DNA of 64,000 nt. Source: Laetmonice hystrix (Eukaryota). Below are positions 25,535 through 36,499 of this stretch, one piece after another. Location: the NCBI GenBank assembly GCA_965235115.1, contig OZ249436.1:37140001-37204000 (forward strand). Reading direction: 5' to 3'. Each line of letters begins with the position of its first letter. The stretch's first letter is position 1. Both the position numbers and the translations under genes were made by a program. Below the pieces are notes generated by a model. That model saw only the letters and a list, made by a program, of their open reading frames with translations, was not told where the DNA came from and searched no databases.

Positions 25535-27611
25535 TGTGGCCTTAGCTGCCCCATCTTACTAAATGATGGTCCACATATGCATTTCAGTACATGCCCTACC
25601 CACTGGGACGTAACTAAGAATGTGATGCAATGAATAAGACGCAGATGTCAATTAAACACATCCTCACCCTGCAACTTTAGATCTTTTTGTATAAGCAGTG
25701 CCTGACCAGTCATGTGGAACGCTATCTAAAAATATAGAGATGAATGGTGTCAATTCTAAACTAAAATCCGTACACACTACAGGAACTATACCTGTGTTTG
25801 GAATATCAATTCTAGATATGTAAGAATAAGGGTAATTTGCAACTGTTCTGGGTTTGTTTGTTTTTGTTTTGTTTATACACCCTGTAGTGTACGTGGGGTT
25901 CACAACGCGACGAAACCAGTCAGACGTAGCGGGCCAATTATAGCAGGACAGCATTTGGATCACGACAGTGCCCCCTGGAGTTCGTTCTGATCTACTAATA
26001 CACCACATAGTGACCATTTTAATTCATATGTGGCGTCGTCCATGCTACGAAACTTTGATTAGTTATAGAAATATAAGCCTGACTGCTTCTTAAATGAGGG
26101 CAATGCTTTTCCTGAACGTTCTTTTTGCCCAGCATTCCCGTTTCATTTTGTGTGTGGGCAGGGGGCAGGATAGTTGTCCCTTTCTTGCTTGACTTTTAGG
26201 TTATTTTATTGTATGTGTGACTCCGATGATAAATAGCTTTGTGCCCCGGTTTGTGCTTACATAACCGATGATGCCTGGTGCACCAACCGTCCTCGATCCA
26301 ACCAAGATTTATTACCTTGTGGTGTGGTGTTCCTTTCCCTCTCTGCCTGGCATCATGTGCTAAGAAATATTCATTGGTTGCTCTATCGGAAGAGCTCTGG
26401 GCGACTTAAGGTGCTTAAATGGTCAGTAGTCATGCCATGTCGGACTATCATCGCCAACAGGCGGAATACGTTTGTCAATACGAACAAAATAGCAGTCATT
26501 CCATGACTTCTTCAGACGCATACTTTCCAATTGCCCAGACATAAGTAAATGTCGATATCAATATTCCAGTATTTCTGCCTTAGAGAATGCGTGATGGGAG
26601 GCTTAAAGGCTGGAAGCAGCCGGTGGGTCCGAGAAGACCCTCGGCCAATTGAGAAGACGATCGACTGTGATGGTGGAGCCAGTGGTAAGAGGGTGTCTGC
26701 ATATGTAATCCTTCATGGGAACCAAACGTGTGACGTTGGTAGAACTGCTATTAAGGGTTCTATCTCTATCTATATATAAAACAGTAAGTACGGATATAAA
26801 TCAGATGCGGATATTGCTAATGCGTTATGGATTACTAATATGGATTAATGTTAAAGTATTTATTTTCCGACTCTGCACCGCAAAAATGTGTCAGATCCAG
26901 CATTGCTAGTTCCAAACTTTCTAAATGCTCTAGAAAGAAGTACTACTATGTACTTCATGCACCGGATAGTGTAGTCTGTGTTCTTCTCAACTGTCATGAA
27001 CGAACTTCAGCGAAACTTCTGGCTACTTTAGAAAATTAAGTGTGTTCAGATTATCATAGAGTCCTCAAGGCTAGTCATCTGCTGAGCTTCTTGCCAATAT
27101 TAAGGACTACCGGTCTGGGCTTCTATAGTCATTTATGGGACTTATAATCATTTTGCTGAAGGATTACTGATACTTGCGTCAAAAGTACCCTCGGAATGAG
27201 AATTTCCGAACATTAACATTGGGTAAATTTGGCACGTGCAACGAATTGCATGCCACACGCAAGACGCAACTCATCATCCAATGAGGAAAATTGAAGCCAT
27301 AATAATATAGTAGTATATGACTTCATTGGAGTGCTTTGCCCTGGAGGCCGTTTCACTAAAGCAAAGAGGCCTTTGGAAAGATATTTTGTAGCTGGAGGAC
27401 TTCTGTGAATCACTATGAACGTCACCATGCAGCAAAGGCAAACGAAAGTTTGAACTGTATCTGCGACTTTTTAAAACCATGCGCGTATGAGTGGGTGTGC
27501 ACACATAAATATTGATTATTAGTCTTATTTATAATAATTAATATTCACTTTTTAAAGCGTAATAGAACAGTGGTGCCATTAAGTTTTTGTAGGACAAAAA
27601 TGACGGTTTAC

Positions 27612-28225
27612 CTTATATAAACAGGAAACCCATATTACTTGTGTGACTTTTTTCCCCATACTGTCCCATCATATCGGTCCATTTGTGGAAAAAGCCAGAG
27701 CAATAATTTAAATGCATGAACACTTGAAATGCCATCACCCTGCAAATTTGATCAGAACGGCGGATTCTCACGACCCATGCAGCAACGGAGAGGAGCGAGC
27801 TCAAGAACGAATGGTCGGAGACTACAATGCTTTTAAGAGATGCCATCGGCAAATTTGCTGATGCATTATTAATATTTGCTTCGGTGCTGATATAAACTGC
27901 TCACAAACAGAGCAATGCCATGCAGATTAAATATAGGAAACATTTGTTCAAAGGTTAGGTATAATGGAATATTATGCCGAATGAATAAATTGTTCACGTG
28001 CTTTGTTCCTGCCGAATGAGGGTAACCATACATGCAGAATTTCTGGGAATATTCACCTATGGGATCAAGGGCAAGAATGATTCTTGGTTCAACCACAGGC
28101 TGTTTGTTAAAGGCGAAAAATGGGGTGAGGGCTTGTGTGTCAAATGTCACTCACTCACTCTCTGACAATGGACCACCATTTGATCGATTGAATTCAAATC
28201 TAGGCATTCACAAAAGGTATTTCGG
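27612..28225 (-). pseudogene. Decayed trypsin-like (FAM111-type) serine protease domain
   Basis: In order on the minus strand: 'CLD..EF' (putative catalytic Asp, ~28190-28205), 'FCMYGYPHSAGTKHV' (27996-28039), 'LLHGS*ESAVLI' (27762-27779; TCG TGA GAA TCC is two substitutions from SSGS) and 'VFMH'. Ends at a possible AAG|GTAAAC donor. Confidence 0.35.
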
Positions 28226-28896
28226 GGGGGGGGTAAAGCTGCCGATACCATAACAGATGAAAAAATCTAAAGTTGTATCCAAGGTATTCGTTGTAATTGT
28301 GCCACATATTCTACGAGATTAAAACTTGATGAATATTAAAGTTATAATCGAAATTTGATTCGTGTTGTGTGCGTTTGTCCATGTTTTTTTAAACGACGTT
28401 CCGTGTTATTAGTCGCACACGTTGCTATATCTTGGCAGTCCGTATAGTTAGAGATCTCTTCTGCTTACTGGTCGAAGTGAAAGCTGACAACTTATTATAA
28501 TATCCAGGGCAATTTCATACACAGAAACGGTCAAACTTAGAACCTTGGCCAAGCGTATAGGGTTTCCTACCATTATAAAAACGGAAACATGATTCACAAT
28601 ACATGCAATGCAAAATAATGCTTCAAAATAATATTTTGCGAGTATCCTTATAATATTAATACTTCATTATGTAACTCAGGCGCTGCTTGCCCCGCATCTC
28701 TCATTGTCTGTACAGAGGTCGCAAAGGTTATCAAGAGTCCCCCCATTGTTCTGAAGGCAATCTAATACATGACTCTGTATACATGTCATTTCTCGTCTCC
28801 GAGGAATAACAATCAGAACCGTCAAAATCAGCCTTCTCGCCATCTGTCATCCGCTACATTGTGTAGGTCGCATAGCTATAACTATTTTACCTTGTA

Positions 28897-29079
28897 CAGT
28901 GACGTAGCCACCATGGGGCGTACCCGGCGTACGCCCCCCCCCCCCCCGGTTTGGCTTCTTTTTTTCTTTTTCTTTTTTGTGCATTGTTGAAGACCTTTTT
29001 TTTGCTTGTCAGATTTTCCTTAAAAAAATTTAAGCCCCCTTTACGGCCCCACTTTCACTAATTCCTGGCTACGTCACTG
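28897..29079. mobile_element. MITE with CAGTGACGTAGCC TIRs
   Basis: Perfect 13-bp TIR CAGTGACGTAGCC / GGCTACGTCACTG with an internal poly-C. No TSD recognisable. Confidence 0.75.
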
Positions 29080-30744
29080 CTTAATTGTACAATGTATGAA
29101 TTCAACCTGCGTATTTTGAACTAAAGGGGGTCGTAAAGAAATACTTTATTGTCGATTTTTCACATTCTCACAGGCCTTGTCTCTATAGTGAACGGTTATC
29201 ATCATCATTCGACTTCACCGAGATATGGTTCGTAAATCGCACTTCTCCTGTAAAATCCGGAATGTATGGCCACCAAATACGGTCAAGTTGATGAGGCCCC
29301 GCCGAATCCTTCGCCATTAGAGACTGGTGTACGTTAGGACTGTATTGTAGCCTTGAGGATCACATAATGACTGCTTGGATTAAATGTCACCGCTCACTGA
29401 CTGTTCGTAAAAAAAATGGCCCTGAAGGACACAATGGATGTCTGTACCACTGCCGGTGTTACAGTGTATTTATCAATGTATTTAATTATTAGAATGTTTA
29501 CGTGTTTAACCCAGCACTCGCTGAAACATTTGGCCAAGAAACAAATCTTCTGGGCATGTCTTTTTCGATAACCAGAGAGACGTGTCTTCAGCTTCAGGCC
29601 AGAATCTGTCGGATCTAGTGCCTTACATTGGCTTGCCAACATAATCTACCGGTCGTCTGCATGATTGAGTGTAACAAAGCTGTAAAAAATAGGATCGCGC
29701 CAAGGCTTCCCAGCGGACCTATCATTTGTGTCTGGGTAAGTCTTTCATCCTGTGCAATATTTATGACCTATTGTATGTGCCTATAAACACCAAGGGCAAG
29801 AGTACATCAGTGTCTTTTAATCACTCCTTTGCGCCTTTGGTTAGGTACCATAGAGTATAGATGTTAAGTACCAATCCTTTTTTAAAATTGTAAGCCTACA
29901 TTGAGTGTGCCCTGTGCATGAGCGAAGGGTGTCTGGAGATGGGGATCATTTTTTAATGAGCGACAGTAGAGAACTCTTATCGTTGGACAACTCTGCACAA
30001 GTACATGTACATGTAGGTGTGAGAGAAAGATATGGATAATTCTGATTCATCATGTCAGGGATTTTACAGTGATTACCACCACGCTTGTTTCACACCAGAT
30101 TTAAGAAGAAAAAATGCACATAATCAGCAGACAGATGGTAATCTCGAGAGAAATCCCTAATTATTTTGAATCGGGTAGACTTTTTCATCTTGTAATAATA
30201 AAAAATACAATTGAGCGGATTTTCTTTTCGCCAAGATTTTAACAATTAGTTCGGCATTGACCGAACGCTGTCGTTTTCCACGCCCTGAACGCCACAATGC
30301 ACAATCATTGTGTGTTGAAAGAACGGGGAGCGACAAGGAAAGCCGATCTGGGCGACATCATTGACCACTCTCTGCTCGTTCGTCGTTAAAGGCACGCCCC
30401 AGCTCAGGTCGGATGTCCCATAGACCCCACGTTTGTTGGCACATGTCATCCGTGGGCAAGCAGCCTGATATTGCGTTAGCAGAGTTTATTTGATATTGCA
30501 TTGACACGACCTCGCTCCGAAGGGAAGCCTTTGACGACCTCAGAAGGCCGGGGCGTGGGTATGGTGCGTCTGGCGTCGTCAGCCACGAGCCGTGTTTCCA
30601 CCGGCTCCGATTCTCATTATGATCCGTCGTGTCATGCACGGGTGTAGTTCATATTTTGTCATGTCAAACCCTCTTTCCCTCTCTAATATGAACATACCCT
30701 ACGGGTAGCCTAAGACACTGTCATGCCAGTGTATCACCCTGTGG

Positions 30745-31205
30745 CGGCACGATTTGACCCAACGGCACGATTTGACCCCGGCACGATTTGACCCTGAAAA
30801 TCGCTCAAAATCGGCACGATTTGACCCCGCGGCACGATTTGACCCCCTAAAACGGCACGTTTTGACCCCGCGGCACGTTTTGACTCTCTAAATCGGCACG
30901 TTTTGACCCCGCGGCACGATTTGACCCTTCAAATCGGCACGTTTTGACCCCGCGGCACGATTTGACCCCCTAAATCGGCACGTTTTGACCCCGCGGCACG
31001 ATTTAACCCCCTAAAACGGCACGTTTTGACCCCGCGGCACGATTTGACCCCCTAAAACGGCACGTTTTGACCCCGCGGCACGATTTGACCCTCAAAATCG
31101 GCACAATTTGACCCCGCGGCACGATTTGACACAGTTAAAACGGCACAATTTGACCCCGCGACACAATTTGACCCCCTGAAACAGCACGATTTGACCCTCA
31201 AATTC
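30745..31205 (+). repeat. ~39-bp tandem array (CGGCACGATTTGACCCC-type dimer), left arm; mirrored at ~34560-35020
   Basis: GCGGCACGATTTGACCCCCTAAATCGGCACGTTTTGACCCC repeated. Confidence 0.95.
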
Positions 31206-31849
31206 GGCAAGACACACTCCCCCTAAAGTCTTGTAATTCTTGTAAAAGGAATTATTAGCGAGTTAAAAGGGGAGGAATGCGCAACAGTAAAGATATTGTT
31301 TTTCATATGTATTAATCTCCCTCCAGAAATGGCAATTTTATTTATAACATGAAGAGAAAATTTGCAAAGCTGTGCATAATAATAAAGGGTTGATTCTCTT
31401 TTATTCTACAATTGTGCTAGATGGAGGCAATATGAGACCATGGTTCACCCCGCAGTCTATGGTTAACTTTCCAAGTTAATTGTAAATAAACAAGCATACG
31501 TAACATTAAAATATAAAGGCGTACACTTAAGGCGTAAGACTAGTTCTCTTTACTGACCAAAAGGCCAAAAATGCCTGTTCGATACTGGCAGGCTCGGTCG
31601 CTGCAATCGCTATTACGTTTGGTCGTATAGAGGGCGCTGCGAACGTGGACACCCCCCCCCCCCCCACCCATGGGGTGTACATGTACATAAAGTAGCTCGG
31701 TCGGTGTATGAATACAGATGTGTGAAGAGGCGAAATCATGGGCGCGAGAATGTAGTCCATGAATTCGTAACACCGCGGCGTTTGAATGTGAATGGGTAGG
31801 CTACTCGGCACAAAAGGCAGGCCACTGCCGAATAGGGGCGTGACTAAAT

Positions 31850-33925
31850 ACCGGAATCCCCCGGAATCCCTTAGAATTTACCGGAATGCCCCGGAATCTA
31901 CCGGAATGCCCCGGAATCTACCGGAATCCCCCCGGATTTGGACTCAGAAGGCCCCAGAGTATCCCAGGAGCACGTTGGAATCCGCCGGACTTTGCCGGAT
32001 TTGACACAATTCGAGAAAAGGCAAAATGACTGAAATACCGGTATCCCCCTGTATGTCTCTAATTTATCCCAAAATGTACCGGAATCCCCCCGGATTTGGG
32101 CTCACAAGGGCGCAGGGTATCCCTGGAGCACATTGGAATCCGCCGGACTTTGCCGGATTTGACACAATTCGAGAAAAGGGCAAATGACTAAATAGCGGAA
32201 TCCCCCTGTATCTTTCCAATTTATCCAAACCGGAATCCCGCCGGATATATGGGCTAGGAAGGGCCCAGGGTATCCCAGGAGCACATTGGAATCCGCCGGA
32301 CTTTGCCGGATTTGACACAATTCGAGAAAAGGGCAAATGACTAAATACCGGAATCCCCCTGTATCGTTCTAATTTATCCAAACCGGAATCCCCCCGGATA
32401 TGGGCTCAAAAGGGCCCAGGGTATCCCTGGAGCACATTGGAATCCGCCGGACTTTGCCGGATTTGACACAATTCGAGAAAAGGGCAAATGACTAAATACC
32501 GGAATCCCCCTGTATCGTTCTACTTTATCCAAACCGGAATCCCCCCGGATATGGGCTCAAAAGGGCCCAGGGTATCCCTGGAGCACATTGGAATTCGCCG
32601 GACTTTGCCGGATTTGACACAATTCGAGAAAAGGGCAAATGACTAAATACCGGAATCCCCCTGTATCGTTCTAATTTATCCAAACCGGAATCCCCCCGGA
32701 TATGGGCTCAGAAGGGCCCAGGGTATCCCTGGAGCACATTGGAATCCGCCGAACGTTGCCGGATTTGACACAATTAGAGAAAAGGCAAAATGACTAAATA
32801 CCGGAAACCCCCCTGTATCTCTCTAATCTACCCCAAAATGTACCGGAATCCCCCCGGATATGGGCTCAGAAGGGCCCTGGGTATGGTAAATTAGAGAGAT
32901 ACAGGGGATTCCGGTATTTAGTCATTTGCCCTTTTCTCGAATTGTGTCAAATCCGGCAAAGTCCGGCGGATTCCAATGTGCTCCAGGGATACTTTGGGGC
33001 CTTCTGAGTCCAAATCCGGGGGGATTCCGGTAGATTCCGGGGAATTCCGGTAGATTCGGGGGCATTCCGGTAAATTCCAAGGGATTCCGGGGGATTCCGG
33101 TATTTAGTCACGCCCCTATTCGGCAGCGGCCTGCCTTTTGTGCCGAGTAGCATTCAAACGCCCCGGTGTTACGAATTCATGGACTACATTCTCGCGCCCA
33201 TGATTTCGCCTCTTTACACATCTGTATTCATATACCGACCGAGCTACTTTATACATGTACATGTACACCCCATAGGGGGGGGGGGGGTGTCCACGTTCGC
33301 AGCGCCCTCTATACGACCAAACATAATAGCGATTGTGTCAAGTCCGGCAAAGTCCGGCGGATTCCAATGTGCTCCAGGGATACTCTGGGCCCTTGTGAGC
33401 CCAAATCCGGGGGGATTCCGGTACATTTTGGGGAAAATTAGAGAGATACCGGGGGGTTTCCAGTATTTAGTCATTTTGCCTTTTCTCGAATTGTGTCAAA
33501 TCCGGCAAAGTCCGGCGGATTCCAATGTGCTCCAGGGATACTCTGGGCCCTTGTGAGCCCATATCCGGGGGGATTCCGGTACATTTTGGGCTAAATTAGA
33601 ACGATACAGGGGGATTCCGGTATTTAGTCATTTGCCCTTTTCTCGAATTGTGTCAAATCCGGCAAAGTCCGGCGGATTCCAATGTGCTCCAGGGATACTC
33701 TGGGCCCTTCTGAGCTCAAATCCGGGGGGGGGGGATTCCGGTACATTTTGGGGTAAATTAGAGAGATACAGGGCGATTCCGGTATTTAGTCATTTTGCCT
33801 TTTCTCGAATTGTGTCAAATCCGGCAAAGTCCGGCGGATTCCAATGTGCTCCAGGGATACTCTGGGGCATTCTGAGTCCAAATCCGGGGGATTCCGGTAG
33901 ATTCCGGGGGATTCCGGTATTTAGT
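31850..33925. repeat. ~119-bp tandem array (CCGGAATCCCC / GACTTTGCCGGATTTGACACAATTCGAG), forward then inverted
   Basis: About 8 forward units to ~32884, then inverted units interrupted by a duplicated spacer piece (~33110-33331). Confidence 0.92.
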
Positions 33926-36499
33926 CACGCCCCTATTCGGCAGTGGCCTGCCTTTTGTGCCGAGTAGCCTACACATTCACATTCAAACGCCGCGGTGTTA
34001 CGAATTCATGGACTACATTCTCGCGCCCATGATTTCGCCTCTTCACACATCTGTATTCATACACCGACCGAGCTACTTTATGTACATGTACACCCCATGG
34101 GTGGGGGGGGGGGTGTCCACGTTCGCAGCGCCCTCTATACGACCAAACGTAATAGCGATCGCAGCGACCGAGCCTGCCAGTATCGAACAGGCATTTTTGG
34201 CCTTTTGGTCAGTAAAGAGAACTAGTCTTACGCCTTAAGTGTACGCCTTTATATGTTAATGTTACGTATGCTTGTTTATTTACAATTAACTTGGAAAGTT
34301 AACCATAGACTGCGGGGTGAACCATGGTCTCATATTGCCTCCATCTAGCACAATTGTAGAATAAAAGAGAATCAAGCCTTTATTATTATGCACAGCTTTG
34401 CAAATTTTCTCTTCATGTTATAAATAAAATTGACATTTCTGGAGGGAGATTAATACATATAAAAAACAATATCTTTACTGTTGCGCATTCCTCCCCTTTT
34501 AACTCGCTAATAATTCCTTTTACAAGAATTACAAGACTTTAGGGGAAGTGTGTCTTGCCGAATTTGAGGGTCAAATCGTGCTGTTTCAGGGGGTCAAATC
34601 GTGTCGCGGGGTCAAATTGTGCCGTTTTAACTGTGTCAAATCGTGCCGCGGGGTCAAAACGTGCCGTTTTAGGGTGTCAAATCGTGCCGCGGGGTCAAAA
34701 CGTGCCGATTTAGGGGGTCAAATCGTGCCGCGGGGTCAAAACGTGCCGATTTGAAGGGTCAAATCGTGCCGCGGGGTCAAAACGTGCCGATTTAGGGGGT
34801 CAAATCGTGCCGCGGGGTCAAAACGTGCCGATTTAGGGGGTCAAATCGTGCCGCGGGGTCAAAACGTGCCGATTTGAAGGGTCAAATCGTGCCGCGGGGT
34901 CAAAACGTGCCGATTTAGAGAGTCAAAACGTGCCGCGGGGTCAAATCGTGCCGATTTTGAGCGATTTTCAGGGTCAAATCGTGCCGGGGTCAAATCGTGC
35001 CGTTGGGTCAAATCGTGCCGCCACACCCCAATGAACCACGCGCTTAGGGTCGCAAGTCCGCATCGTCAAGAGTAGAGTATTTTTAACACTAGCCTATATT
35101 TAACAAGAAATCTGTTTCTAAAAAACAGGGTGTTGTTTTTAATGGGTTACAAAATGGAACCTTCTAATTGGAGTTTAATACAAAGCTGTCTGAGAGATTT
35201 TATGCACGAGGTTGAAAGTGTGTGTGAAAGTATAGTTAAGACGTGCATTGATTGGAGCCCGAGCAAACTGTACGACTTGGTAGGCCTATACCTTTTTAAT
35301 TGGCATCCTGTTTAAATGGTCATTTAACCATTGTTAGAAATACCTGCCACTCTTTGATTCGGAGGGCACCCCCTTGATGTGCTCCCCCTTCAGTTTGCTG
35401 AGCAGTTTTCTTGTTTTTACCGCAGTATTAATGCCACTTAATTTGTAAGGGTGACGTGAAAACTGCTCAGTAGGCCTCTTAAGTTGTGACATGCTGAAAA
35501 TGGGGGATGCAGTTGCCTTAGTCGTTCCTTTAAACCGTTTTCAGGATGCAAAACTTGTCCACGATTCCAAGACAACCAGGCAGCCTTGCATCTTTTCTGC
35601 TCACTGCCAACTTCTTCGTACTACTGGAATAAATACGAGGTATATGAGCTTATCTGCCGCCTACCGGATCTAATATTGTAGTTGTTAATTTGGTGACATC
35701 GACTGCCCATTTTACAGGTTTCGATTATTTTTTTTCAAATTCTGCAGCCTTTGCTGCAGTGTCTTCGTACTACCATCAACTTGCCGGTTTACTTATTGCT
35801 TGAGCACGTTTGAATCTTACATTCTTTTGTTTCGCGTTGACATTTTTGCAATGTCTTTTCTACAGACCACCAACTTCACCGGTTTGATTTTTAATGCCGT
35901 TTTTCTCCTGGCCTTTCCCTCGGCCATATGCATGTCTGGCTAATCTGTTTAATTTGGTGGCATTGTTTATTATGTTTTGATAATACTGTACAAATAAGTA
36001 ACAAACAGTAAAAAGCCGGTAATTTCTTTATTAAAGTAATTTCTTCCCAGACTCAAATGTTAGGTGCCAACCTTCCGCACTAAAAACCAGGGATAAATCC
36101 TACTTATGCATGTAAAACCCTGGAAAAGCGTAAAGGCAGATTAAAATCCAGACAATGGACAGCATAAGTCCGAATAAATGATATTTTATGGAGGGGTAGC
36201 GGTGGGCTTGAACCGTTTCTCTTCCGAAGGTCTGTGAGACAGCGGACTTGTTTGTTTCCCATCTGACGATTAGGTTGAAAGAGTGGTCGCCGTCCACACC
36301 TCGTGTGCGATAATCCTCGTGACCTTCGACATGCATGGCTGCTCCGACGGAATGTGGCGTATATTGCAGCAAGTAGTCATGTGGCACCTCCCAGTGTTCA
36401 ACACTGCAACTAAACCTACTTGTTCAGTTAATCAATTTAATATATTATCTTCACATCCGTTCGTAAATATTAAATTATCAATGCAAACATACAAATCAG

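Larger units (their letters stand above)
30740..35025. mobile_element. ~4.3-kb palindromic foldback element, TGT..ACA termini (Ginger-like), non-coding
   Basis: Starts TGTGGCGGCACGATTTGACCC and ends GGGTCAAATCGTGCCGCCACA. Mirrored arms consist of a ~39-bp array, a ~630-bp unique spacer and a ~119-bp array. Strand flips at ~32884/32885. Flanks ACCC / CCCC. ORF 31527..31811(-) recurs as 33957..34238(+). Confidence 0.92.

Noticed and set aside
29288..29312. TTGATGAGGCCCCGCCGAAT, resembling a hammerhead core
   Set aside because: Two core positions deviate (TTGA for CTGA, GAAT for GAAA) and flanking stems are absent.
31527..34238. Repeated 76-138-aa ORFs in the palindrome arms
   Set aside because: They recur only because the DNA is duplicated, cross variable-length G-runs and show no domain signature.
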